Assembly: GCA_025355465.1 (NCBI GenBank)
Contig: JANXZO010000058.1
Coordinates: 6,164 to 70,163 of the forward strand
Direction: 5' to 3'
Length of the DNA stretch: 64,000 nucleotides
From: Bacteroidales bacterium
Lineage (GTDB): Bacteria > Bacteroidota > Bacteroidia > Bacteroidales > FEN-979
This document shows, piece by piece, positions 18,638 to 27,224 of this stretch. Position numbers and translations under genes: made by a program. Within the stretch, counting starts at the first letter, position 1. The number at the start of each line of letters is the position of its first letter. The notes beneath the pieces were generated by a model, which did not search any database, was not told the origin of the DNA, and saw only the letters and a list, made by a program, of their open reading frames with translations.

Positions 18638-20394
18638 TTAGTCAAATTGAAATACAAAAATGAAGGCCATAGCAAATCTATTACATTTCGGACAGAAATT
18701 ATGATTTGGGCTTAAAATTATTTCTCCCCAGCTTATCGAACGGTCGGTCACAGGTCCGCGATAAAGTGCCGGGTCGTTGTAGAAAGTGAGCTGCCCCGCC
18801 GTGCTCTCCTTCTCACTATAGTAGCGCACCACCAGTTCACACCCCTCCAGGTGTTTCGCAGTAAACCAATCCTGGCAGGCTCCTTTAAAATCTTTCAGCT
18901 CCATTTTTATCAATCCGCGCATGAAATAGCTCGCGGCACAACGGTTGTCGGCCCGGTTATGATACGCCACAGTAACCTTGGAATTTAATTCGATGGCCCG
19001 GTCGTTATCCAGAATGGCCCGTAGGTAATCGGCCGTATCAAAAAATGCAATCGCCCTCATCTCACAGGCGTTAGAATGGTAGTTGTTGATCGTAAGAACC
19101 TGGGTAAATAGCCTGATTGCCTCTCTGTAATCTTTTTCATTGAGTTTGATCTTACCCTCATTGAAAAGCTCTTCGGTAAGCGCTTCTTGCTCCTCACTGG
19201 TTTTCTTCGATTTGGATAAATTCAAGGTTGGCAAGGTGGCTTTCTCAACATTCCAGGTAACCAGATCGCGGTTGAGCCGGATACCCTTTTCGGCTCCGCG
19301 TTCTCCGGTGATATAATAATTTTGGGCAAGGCGCTCTTCAAAGTTCCGTAAAAAGGCCTCTTTGATCCTTGAACATTTTTCGTTGATCGAATTTTTTGTC
19401 GGATCGACTAGCTCATGAATACTTTGCTCCTCATCACGCCTGGTTTCACGATATGACAAATACTTATAAATGTTCAGCAACTCCTCCCGGTGATCGCATA
19501 GGTGCTTTAACATAACCCCTTCGGGATGCAGAAGAAAGAAGAGAAAGACCGTTTTTGGGAGGGGTGTCATGATAATCTCGAGATTACCATAGTCCGGAAG
19601 GAAGATGCGATAGTCCTTTTCGATCACGAGCCGGCTCAAACCATTTGCCCCGGCAGTTTCTGATGGTGTGGTATCGTTTTGACTTTCTGCCAAGATATTA
19701 AGCAACAGGTGCTGACCACCCACCTGTTTCAATTTTTCGATGGCGGCTTTTATCGACTCCGCCTGTTTATGCATTTCATAATCAAAACGGAAGTCGGCCA
19801 GTTCGTATGTCTTTCCATTTTGATAAAAGTGCTTTTCAGACGCCAACTGATAAAATTCATGTCTGCCCGGATGTCCGATGTGGCTGAAATAGAAATACAG
19901 GGCTTTCTCCAGTTCGACTTCACCGGAATAATGCAGACCGTCAAGGATCCTTTTGGAAAAATCCTTCGTTCGGTATGACAACAATTCCGATGTCAGCTTT
20001 CCGGTTCCATTATTCCCCACACCGGGGAAGTAATAATTCAATATTTTTCCGGCATCGGTATTATTGTTCCATTCGCTTTGAAGGGCAGGCAAGTAAATAA
20101 ACTCAACCGCTACATGGCAGTACTTATGAATGTCCTTAAGAATCTGTTGGAACCTGCCGTACCGTACCGGTTTGTGAAATAGTCGTTGATAACCGGATTA
20201 TACTCCTTTTCAAGATAGATAACCAGCTTGGGTTTTAATTTGAAACTGTTTTCAGGATGGCTGAAAATGTTGGCAAAAAGGGTTTCTATACCTGCATACC
20301 GTTTCTGAATTTCGACAGGAGGATATACATTCCCGCTGCGGTCGGCATCATTCCCGGGTATCTGCGAAATTAGTTTTTTGAAAAATCTGAACAT
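18638..20394 (-). pseudogene. Large uncharacterised protein with C-terminal TPR repeats, split by one frameshift
   Basis: ORF 20110..20394 (..VIYLEKEYNPV..) runs into nonsense and a TAG. A second frame opens right after a TAA near 20200 and reads GYQRLFHKPVRYGRFQQILKDIHKYCHVAVEFIYLPALQSEW.., continuous with ORF 18638..20092. The indel therefore lies near 20185-20205. The central region reads LFFLLHPEGVMLKHL..ELLNIYKYL..DPTKNSINEKCSRIKEAF. Confidence 0.5.
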
Positions 20395-20427
20395 CCTGAG
20401 GAATTTGGTCTGACCAAATTACGAAAT

Positions 20428-20502
20428 TGGCAGGCCGCCCCTTCATGTTTTCTATCCTGCCCTGCACTCTTTCTCCCTGAGGAGAAGGGGCCGGGGAATG
20501 AG
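20428..20502. repeat. Copy A of a ~75-bp structured intergenic repeat
   Basis: Copy A is tggcaggccgccccttcatgttttctatcctgccctgcactctttctccctgaggagaaggggcc.., near-identical to copy B at 20914-20988. It has an outer inverted repeat (GGCCGCCCCTTC / GAAGGGGCC) and an inner hairpin (CTTCTCC-TCAG-GGAGAAG, read on the minus strand). Confidence 0.85.
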
Positions 20503-20560
20503 TTGTATCTGTTGAAATTATATTTTAGAAATCAGTTCGATGAAACTTGATCGCTTTTAA

Positions 20561-20845
20561 TCATTGATAAATAATTTGTAGGTCTTGTTGAATACTGTCT
20601 TTTAAAATTTTATTCTTGACGGCTCCCTCGGTAACAAGGTCGACCTTAATGCCAAGTTTTTGTGAAATTTGATTTTCAACTTGAACCAACTGGAGTAGTG
20701 ACAAGGTGGATTTGAACCGAACCAAAATATCAATATCGCTTTCGACTGTGTTCTCATTTCTCGTATAGGAGCCGAACACGCCAATCATTTCCGCGTCGTA
20801 AGCACGCAAAGAATTGATAATAATATTTTTAATCTCCGGGTTCAT
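20561..20845 (-). CDS. MNT-type nucleotidyltransferase (antitoxin-like) without its HEPN partner
   Basis: 94 aa starting from the ATG at 20845, with GVFGSYTRNENTVESDIDILVRF..KVDLV. The ORF-track extension to 21106 is a translation of the repeat element. A 10-codon stub (MIKSDQVSSN*) starts in an ATGA overlap with the stop (20532-20564), where a HEPN gene would normally begin. Confidence 0.8.
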   Translation of the reverse strand: MNPEIKNIIINSLRAYDAEMIGVFGSYTRNENTVESDIDILVRFKSTLSLLQLVQVENQISQKLGIKVDLVTEGAVKNKILKDSIQQDLQIIYQ

Positions 20846-20896
20846 CTTACACCTTTTAGCAAAGATACAATTTTTTTTTTCGACTTTCCCCTGCCT

Positions 20897-20929
20897 AAAA
20901 ACAAGGGGCGACCTGGCAGGCCGCCCCTT
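20897..20929 (-). terminator. Intrinsic terminator-like hairpin downstream of the lipoprotein gene
   Basis: The minus strand reads AAGGGGCG-gcctgccaggt-CGCCCCTT-GTTTTT. This is a perfect 8-bp GC-rich stem, an 11-nt loop and a T tract, 68 nt after the stop at 20997. Confidence 0.6.
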
Positions 20930-20988
20930 CATGTTTTCTATGCTCCCCTGCACGCCTTTTCCCTGAGGAGAAGGGGCCTGTGAATAAG
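20914..20988. repeat. Copy B of the ~75-bp structured intergenic repeat
   Basis: Copy B is tggcaggccgccccttcatgttttctatgctcccctgcacgccttttccctgaggagaaggggcc.. It is a direct repeat of copy A, and the two copies bracket the MNT gene. Confidence 0.85.
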
Positions 20989-20996
20989 GTGCATTG

Positions 20997-21926
20997 TTAT
21001 AACCAGAGGTAAACGGTACCCGAATTGCCGTTCTTGGTCCAGTCGAGTTTGTATTTCGTGGGGCAATCGTTGTTGCCGATGGGCTGGTTGTTGCTGTCGT
21101 AACCATAGGTGATGAGGGCAGATTTGCCGTCGGAAGGAATGGTGTGCAGCTTCACGCCGGAACAGGGATCCCATCCGCAGACTTTTTTGTACACGATCGA
21201 TTGCTGAACCTGGGTGTAGAATTCATCGCCCTGGCGGTTGACACCCCAGACGACGAGGTTGGAATTTCCTCCTGCCTGTCCGAGCCCTTCAACGGTGGCG
21301 ACCAGGTTGCTCAGGGTTCCTGTGTAGGTCTTGCGCCGGTCAACATTCCATACACGGGTGGTGTTGTCGTCGAAAGTTACGGTCATGTTTCCCCAGGTTC
21401 TGTGAACAATGGAGGTGAGGGTGTTGCCGAGCATCCAGAAATGGCCGCCCGAGACGTTCTGATGGGTCTTGACTCCGTTAAGTGTGATCGATTTATTGTT
21501 GGAAACCCTGGTGATGCGGAAGTTGATATGCTTTACGATAACGGCAGCTCCCGGCTGTCCCCATTGCATACCGACATGTTTTTTGATCTCCACCTGGCCT
21601 GTACGTAATTTTGTTCCGCTGCAATTCAGCCCGTTGTAGGTGATGTAGATGGTGATCGAATCGTTTGCCACAGCGGTTGAATCGATGGTGGCGTTACAGG
21701 GAAGCTGCTCGGTCGACTTCAGGTTACCCGCAGTGAGCAGTTGGTTTACGTCGTTCATGGCTTCGTCGGAAGCAGACTGAAACTGGTTCTCATCACCGGC
21801 CAGCTGCTGGATGTTGGAAGGATCCATATTCCCTTTGCTGCCTTTGTTCTTATTGCAGCCGGTAAGGGCAAAACCCGCTACGATGATGAAGAGTACACTC
21901 AGTTTGATCAGGTTTGTGGCTTTCAT
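20997..21926 (-). CDS. Hypothetical lipoprotein
   Basis: The likely start is MKATNLIKLSVLFIIVAGFALTGC at 21926 (lipobox LTGC). About 309 aa, with no domain I recognise. Confidence 0.6.
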   Translation of the reverse strand: MKATNLIKLSVLFIIVAGFALTGCNKNKGSKGNMDPSNIQQLAGDENQFQSASDEAMNDVNQLLTAGNLKSTEQLPCNATIDSTAVANDSITIYITYNGLNCSGTKLRTGQVEIKKHVGMQWGQPGAAVIVKHINFRITRVSNNKSITLNGVKTHQNVSGGHFWMLGNTLTSIVHRTWGNMTVTFDDNTTRVWNVDRRKTYTGTLSNLVATVEGLGQAGGNSNLVVWGVNRQGDEFYTQVQQSIVYKKVCGWDPCSGVKLHTIPSDGKSALITYGYDSNNQPIGNNDCPTKYKLDWTKNGNSGTVYLWL

Positions 21927-22014
21927 GTTGATTGGTTTTAATTTATTGAATTTGTGTTTTCTGTTCATTATACACCGGGATGTGCTCTTACCCTGATGCC
22001 GGTGATAAAAATAT

Positions 22015-22836
22015 TTATGGCGTGACGGTGACGGACAGGGAGGTCATCGCAGAGACGCCGAAGAATCCGGTGGCTCCTGCACTCAGATTGGTTGCCACAT
22101 TCGCCGGCGCCGAATTAAAGAATCCGCCGCTCCAGCTTGTCTCCAGCAACATCTCCCTGATAAACTCCGCATGGGCCGGCGAAAGTGAGTAACGGCGCTC
22201 TTCAATAATGGTTCCTGCCGGAAATGAGATGGCCTCCATGGCAGGAGCAAAGATCTCGCTTACGTCCAGTGTTGGCAGGGTATAGAACAGCATCCTTGCC
22301 TGGCACAGGGCAGTGTCTGTTTTTTCGTAGCCCGGAACTTTCGACCAGTCGATCAAAAGTTCCCACATGGCTGGTTTTTCGGAATTGAATGCGCTTGCTA
22401 CAAAGTCGACATGATAACGGTCATCGCCGCTGTTCTTTACCCACCTCAGGGCTGCGAATTCAGATCCCGGGACCATAGAAGCCTGCGCCGAATAAATTTG
22501 CTTGTTTGCCGAAACAAAAAGTGAATAGGTTTGTCCGGTTACGGCAATGAAGGAGGGGGCCGTATGGTATTTGCCCGACCCGGCCGGCGCTTCTGTTAGC
22601 AGCCACGATGAATCCACGCCGGAGATGCGCACCACCGCTCCTGTTACCGGCTCCGGAACTGCATTGAGTGCGGTTACCGGATAGGTGAGGGTGATGGTCT
22701 GGGTACCGCGGTGGTCGATGATGGTTCCGTCGACGATCACCAGGCGCTGAGGCGGACCGTCAGTCGGCCAGTTCACCTGTTTTTCACAGCCGGCCACCGC
22801 CATCAGCAGGAGGATATATTTCGCTACTCTTTTCAT
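22015..22836 (-). CDS. DUF4249-family lipoprotein (partner of the TonB-dependent receptor)
   Basis: 273 aa with the signal MKRVAKYILLLMAVAGC, LVIVDGTI, a GKYH..GQTYSLFV pattern and a C-terminal GATGFFGV motif. Its start overlaps the receptor stop by 1 nt (TGATG). Confidence 0.65.
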   Translation of the reverse strand: MKRVAKYILLLMAVAGCEKQVNWPTDGPPQRLVIVDGTIIDHRGTQTITLTYPVTALNAVPEPVTGAVVRISGVDSSWLLTEAPAGSGKYHTAPSFIAVTGQTYSLFVSANKQIYSAQASMVPGSEFAALRWVKNSGDDRYHVDFVASAFNSEKPAMWELLIDWSKVPGYEKTDTALCQARMLFYTLPTLDVSEIFAPAMEAISFPAGTIIEERRYSLSPAHAEFIREMLLETSWSGGFFNSAPANVATNLSAGATGFFGVSAMTSLSVTVTP

Positions 22837-25505
22837 CAGAATCTGAACAGGTAATTGATGGATGGAATCATGCCCGCCACCGAAAGGCTGGTCGTATACA
22901 GTGTATTGCCCCCCTGAACATTCGCCGGCACCACAAAGCCGCCATCTGAATCCATGGTTTTATTGAAGTTTACCGAGAAGGGATTCAATCTGCCGTAGGC
23001 GTTATAGAGCGTGAGGGTAACACTGTGCTGGTAGCGTCTCCCCGGTTTGCTGATGGTGTAGGTGGCGGCCAGGTCGAGCCGGTGATAGTCGGGCAGCCGG
23101 TCGTTGTTCTTTGTGCCATAGAGGGGTACCGAGGTACCGTTGATGTAATAGAATCCGGTAGGTGTGGTGATGGCGCCACCGGTAAGGTAAAACCAGTTTG
23201 CGGTGAAGGCCCAGTGTTTACGGTCGGTGTAGGCCAGGTTGATGCAAAAATCATGGGGGCGGTCCCAGGAGGCGGCATAAACCTGTCCGTTGTTCACCTC
23301 CGGGGTGAGCACAAACGACCGCGAAAAAGTGTAGCCAATCCATCCGGTGAGGCGCCCTTCACTCTTACGCAGCATCAGCTCGAGTCCGTATGACCATGCA
23401 TTTCCAAACCTCAGCTCCCCTTCGATGAGCGGGTTGTAGAGCAGGTTTGCGTGGTCTTTGTAGTCGAGATGGTCCTGGTAGTATTTATAGTACACCTCGG
23501 CGGAAAAATTAAGCGCCGGCTTCCTGATCTTCAGGAAATAACCCAGTGAGATCTGATCACACACCTGCGGTTTGATGTTGGGTCCGGCCGGAGCCCACAC
23601 CTCCAGTGAAGTAAAAGGGCTGGTGGAGTTGGAGAGCATCTGCATGAACTGGGTCATCCGGCTGTAGCTCAGCTTCAGGGCCGAATTCTTCCCGGTTTCA
23701 TAGCGGATGCTGAGCCTGACCTCCGGACTTACAAAGGTGCTGTAGCTTTCAAGGTTCGACACATTCATGGTATCGCTCACCTGGTGGTTCACGTTGAAAA
23801 AGTAAACACTCGTCGGACCGATATTCTGCAGCACCGGGATCCGCATTCCGTAGTTCAGGATAAATTTTTCGCCGGCCTGTTGCTCGTTTCCCAGGTAGAG
23901 ATCATATTCGATGGCGTGATAGCGGGACACTGCCGGAGCGGGTTGACCAGCATCGTTTGCCAGGATCACATTACCGGGGTTTGAAAAATGGGAGGTCACC
24001 TCCACACCGCCCCGCAGGGTGTTTCGCGGATTCAGATACCAGGTGAGGTCGGTTTTGACAGTCAGGTTCGATATCTGTGAATTCCAGTAGTTGTCCTGCT
24101 GACTGGAGATAAACAGATCGTAATTGTAGCGGCTGTAGTTGATCGTGGTATTTGAAAAGAGCCGGTTGCTGAAAAGATGGTTCCAGCGTAAGGTCCCGGC
24201 AAGGTTGTTCCAGCTGATGCCGTAGGTGCGGAATGAGGCATCGGTGATGCGTGCGAAATCATCCTTTCCCGCATAAAAGGTGAAAAAAAGGCGGTTGTTG
24301 TCGTTGAGGATGAAGTTGAACTTGGCATTGACATCGAAAAATTGAAAATCGAAGTTGGGGATTGTATGGGTCACGCTGTTAATCCAGTTGATTGTGGAGA
24401 TCCTTCCTGAGATGAAAAAGGAGGCCCGGTTTTTAAGGATGGGTCCCTCGATGGAAAGATTGGATGCATAGGGACCGACATTGCCCGAAAATCCAAATCT
24501 TTTCATGTTTCCCTCTTTGGCCTTTATATCGATCACCGAGGAGAGCCGGCCGCCGTATTTAGCCGGAAAATCACCTTTATAAACATGTACATCGTTGATG
24601 GCATCCGGCGAAAAGGCCGAGAAAAACCCGAAAAGGTGAGACGGATTATACACTGGTACCTCATCAATAAGCATCAGGTTCTGGTCGGAATTTCCTCCCC
24701 TGACAAAATAGCGGGAAGAGCCGTCGCCGAAAGTCTGAATGCCCGGCACTGCCTGTAACGCCCTGATCACATCGAGGTTGCCGGCAAACCCGGGAAGTCT
24801 GGCGAGGGTTTTCTGGGTAAAACAGAACTCGCTGAGCTCATTGTTTTTCAGATCCGTCTCCGGATTTGCAGCAACGATCTCCACCTCCTGCGCTTCGAGC
24901 GACTCCTCTTCCAGATCGGTTTCGAGGATGGTGTTGGCATCCAACTCCACCGTTTGCAGCTGCGTCTTGTAACCCAGGTACGAAAAACTGACAAGGTACC
25001 TCCCCTGCGGAATGGTGATGGAGTAAAATCCGTAGCCATTGGTAAAAGTCCCCAGCGAGGTTCCCTGCATGCGGATGGTAGCCCCGATGAGTGCCTCCCC
25101 GGAGGATTTTTCACGAAGGAAACCGCTCAGGGTGTAGCTTCGCGACGGTAAGTTTACGACCACAGAATCCAGCGTTGCTGCATTACGAAAGGGCCTCAGG
25201 ATTACCTGGTTTTCGACCACGAAATAATCGATGGCGTTTTTCCTGAGCAGGGCATCGAGTACCATGCTGACGGGTTTCCTGCGGAGGTCGAGGGTTACCT
25301 TTTTGCCCGCCGGTATCACTTGCGGACTATAGGAAAAGTCGATATTTCCCTGTTGGCTGATCAATTTCAGCACCTCGGAAATGGGTTTATCGTTAACAAT
25401 GACCGTGATCTTTTTTGAGAGATCCTGGGTGTAAGCAAAAACGGAGTGGAGGAGGAGAATCGAAAGCAGGGTGGCGGTTCTGACAAGCTTCCGGGAAAAT
25501 GTCAT
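22836..25505 (-). CDS. TonB-dependent receptor with N-terminal STN signalling domain and carboxypeptidase-regulatory-like domain
   Basis: The likely start is MTFSRKLVRTATLLSILLLHSVFA at 25505. It has an STN segment (ITVIVNDKPISEVLKLISQQGNIDFSY), a CarbopepD_reg-like segment (YTLSGFLREKSSGEALIGATI), a plug (GNLDVIRALQAVPG), and a beta-barrel ending in the aromatic residues YLFRF. Confidence 0.88.
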   Translation of the reverse strand: MTFSRKLVRTATLLSILLLHSVFAYTQDLSKKITVIVNDKPISEVLKLISQQGNIDFSYSPQVIPAGKKVTLDLRRKPVSMVLDALLRKNAIDYFVVENQVILRPFRNAATLDSVVVNLPSRSYTLSGFLREKSSGEALIGATIRMQGTSLGTFTNGYGFYSITIPQGRYLVSFSYLGYKTQLQTVELDANTILETDLEEESLEAQEVEIVAANPETDLKNNELSEFCFTQKTLARLPGFAGNLDVIRALQAVPGIQTFGDGSSRYFVRGGNSDQNLMLIDEVPVYNPSHLFGFFSAFSPDAINDVHVYKGDFPAKYGGRLSSVIDIKAKEGNMKRFGFSGNVGPYASNLSIEGPILKNRASFFISGRISTINWINSVTHTIPNFDFQFFDVNAKFNFILNDNNRLFFTFYAGKDDFARITDASFRTYGISWNNLAGTLRWNHLFSNRLFSNTTINYSRYNYDLFISSQQDNYWNSQISNLTVKTDLTWYLNPRNTLRGGVEVTSHFSNPGNVILANDAGQPAPAVSRYHAIEYDLYLGNEQQAGEKFILNYGMRIPVLQNIGPTSVYFFNVNHQVSDTMNVSNLESYSTFVSPEVRLSIRYETGKNSALKLSYSRMTQFMQMLSNSTSPFTSLEVWAPAGPNIKPQVCDQISLGYFLKIRKPALNFSAEVYYKYYQDHLDYKDHANLLYNPLIEGELRFGNAWSYGLELMLRKSEGRLTGWIGYTFSRSFVLTPEVNNGQVYAASWDRPHDFCINLAYTDRKHWAFTANWFYLTGGAITTPTGFYYINGTSVPLYGTKNNDRLPDYHRLDLAATYTISKPGRRYQHSVTLTLYNAYGRLNPFSVNFNKTMDSDGGFVVPANVQGGNTLYTTSLSVAGMIPSINYLFRF

Positions 25506-25518
25506 CAGCCCGACGCGT

Positions 25519-26526
25519 TTAATTGCATCCGTTGCCCGAAATTTCGAATCCGGAGCCGGTGTTACTGATCTGCAGGTCGAGCGTGGCTTTGAGAACATTC
25601 AATACAGACTCCAGGGATTGTTTGTCAAAGGTAGCAGTTATCCTGCAACTGCCGGGGTTATTCTGCTTCAGCCGGATGGGCCGATGGTAAGCCGCCGACA
25701 GGGTTGCCAGCGCCTGGCTGAGGGGGGTGTTGACAAACACAAAGTGCAGGGTCTTCCACGACATGTAGTTGGGGTCTTCATTCACCGACTTGCTGATACC
25801 GGAAAAGTCGGCAGGGATTTCAGCCTTTTCACCCGGATCAAGGATTACCTGACCGGGTGTCTGCTCCTTAAAGTAAACGGATACCTTTCCGGAGGTAAGC
25901 ACCACCTCCATCGTTCCCCGGAGCGCCTTCGTATTTACGTTGAACTGTGTTCCCAGCACCTTCACGCGCACCTCACCGCAGGAGACAATGAACGGCATAT
26001 CTTCATTGCGGGTTACCTTGAAATAGCCTTCACCAGACAGCTTCACCTCGCGGGTGGAGCCTTTGAATTTTTCGGGGTATGCCAGGGTGGAGCCTGCGTT
26101 AAGGGTGATACCGGAGCCGTCGGGAAGGATGATTTCACGAACACTATTTTCGGCGGTGACCTGAACCATGGGTGCGGCGGCAAAATGGCGGTAGATGAAG
26201 AATGTCGGGATGAGGAGCAGGAGGATGAGGGCGGCGATGCGGAAAGCACCCACCCAACCTCCCCTGAACGGGAGCGGGATGATAGATGGCGAATGGCTTG
26301 TTGCCACCTTGCCCTGGATTTTTTTCCACTCGGCATCAACGTCAGTCCGGGTTTCGATCTTTTCGCGCTGAAGCAGCGACCAGGTCCGGGAATGCTCCTC
26401 AAAAATCTTTGTATGGGCAGCATCGGCGCTGACCCACGCCTCCAGGAAACGGATATCATCTTCCGATGCCTCTCCACTGAAGTAGCTCGTAATCAGATCG
26501 ATATAATATGTTTCGTTGATTTCCAT
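25519..26526 (-). CDS. FecR-family anti-sigma factor / transmembrane sensor
   Basis: The likely start is MEINETYYIDLITSYFSGEASEDD at 26526. It has a single TM segment (FRIAALILLLLIPTFFIY) and a FecR domain (ITLNAGSTL..VKLSGEGYFKV). Confidence 0.85.
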   Translation of the reverse strand: MEINETYYIDLITSYFSGEASEDDIRFLEAWVSADAAHTKIFEEHSRTWSLLQREKIETRTDVDAEWKKIQGKVATSHSPSIIPLPFRGGWVGAFRIAALILLLLIPTFFIYRHFAAAPMVQVTAENSVREIILPDGSGITLNAGSTLAYPEKFKGSTREVKLSGEGYFKVTRNEDMPFIVSCGEVRVKVLGTQFNVNTKALRGTMEVVLTSGKVSVYFKEQTPGQVILDPGEKAEIPADFSGISKSVNEDPNYMSWKTLHFVFVNTPLSQALATLSAAYHRPIRLKQNNPGSCRITATFDKQSLESVLNVLKATLDLQISNTGSGFEISGNGCN

Positions 26527-26610
26527 AACGTTTAACCGCCTATAATACACATGAAATAACCCCCACCCTTATCTGACATCATATTATTTTTCAAAGCCCA
26601 AGCGATGATT

Positions 26611-26675
26611 GATTTACGATTTTAGATGTACGATTTACGATTTTGTGCATTTGTGCATTCGTGCATTCGTGCATT
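26611..26675. repeat. Word array: ACGATTT units followed by four GTGCATT units
   Basis: The sequence is gatttacgattttagatgtacgatttacgatttt + gtgcatt tgtgcatt cgtgcatt cgtgcatt. It occupies much of the 147-nt sigma-to-FecR spacer and overlaps the sigma stop codon. Confidence 0.9.
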
Positions 26676-27219
26676 ATCTCAAAAGCATAATCACCACAAC
26701 ACTAAGGTACTCTCCGAGTCTGTTTCGCATGTGCTGAAGCGCCTTCGACATCTGGGCTTCCACTGTTTTTACAGAGATCTGAAGTCTGTCTGCGATCTCC
26801 TGGTACTTCAGGTTTTCCGAGCGGCTCAACACGAATATCTCCCTGCATTTTTCGGGGAGTTCACCGATTGAACCGGTAATTTTCTCCCGGATATCGGCTT
26901 CCACGAGCCTGTCGGGCTGTTCGTAGTAATCGTTGCCGGGGAGTTGTTCCAGGTCCAGCAGATCATGGCTGAACTTTTTATGGTCGCGGAGGTAGTTGAG
27001 GCAGCGGTTGCGCACTGCGGTGGCAAGATAGCTCTTTACCGGTTTTGACAGGTCAATGCGCTCCCTCTTCTCCCATAGGTTAAGAAAGGCCTCCTGAACG
27101 ATCTCACGGGCTGCTTCACCGTCTTTAACATAGGTAACGGCAAAATGGATCAGCCCTTTGAAGTGGTTTCTGAAAAGTTCTTCAAAGGCAATCTCATCAA
27201 GAAACCGCGGGGTCTCCAT
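26674..27219 (-). CDS. ECF-type RNA polymerase sigma-70 family factor
   Basis: 181 aa with region 2 (VQEAFLNLWEKRE) and a region 4 HTH (LKYQEIADRLQISVKTVEAQMSKAL). Confidence 0.88.
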   Translation of the reverse strand: METPRFLDEIAFEELFRNHFKGLIHFAVTYVKDGEAAREIVQEAFLNLWEKRERIDLSKPVKSYLATAVRNRCLNYLRDHKKFSHDLLDLEQLPGNDYYEQPDRLVEADIREKITGSIGELPEKCREIFVLSRSENLKYQEIADRLQISVKTVEAQMSKALQHMRNRLGEYLSVVVIMLLR

Positions 27220-27224
27220 TGGGA

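Noticed and set aside
20846-21106. The N-terminal 87-aa extension of ORF 20561..21106 (..SPQGKGVQGSIENMKGRPARSPLVFRQGKVEKK..).
   Set aside because: It is a translation of the 75-bp repeat, the terminator hairpin, and the 3' end of the neighbouring lipoprotein gene. The MNT domain begins at the internal ATG at 20845.
25535-25552. A tRNA-like T-arm string (tttcgaatccgg).
   Set aside because: It lies inside the FecR coding sequence. No acceptor or anticodon stems can be built around it.
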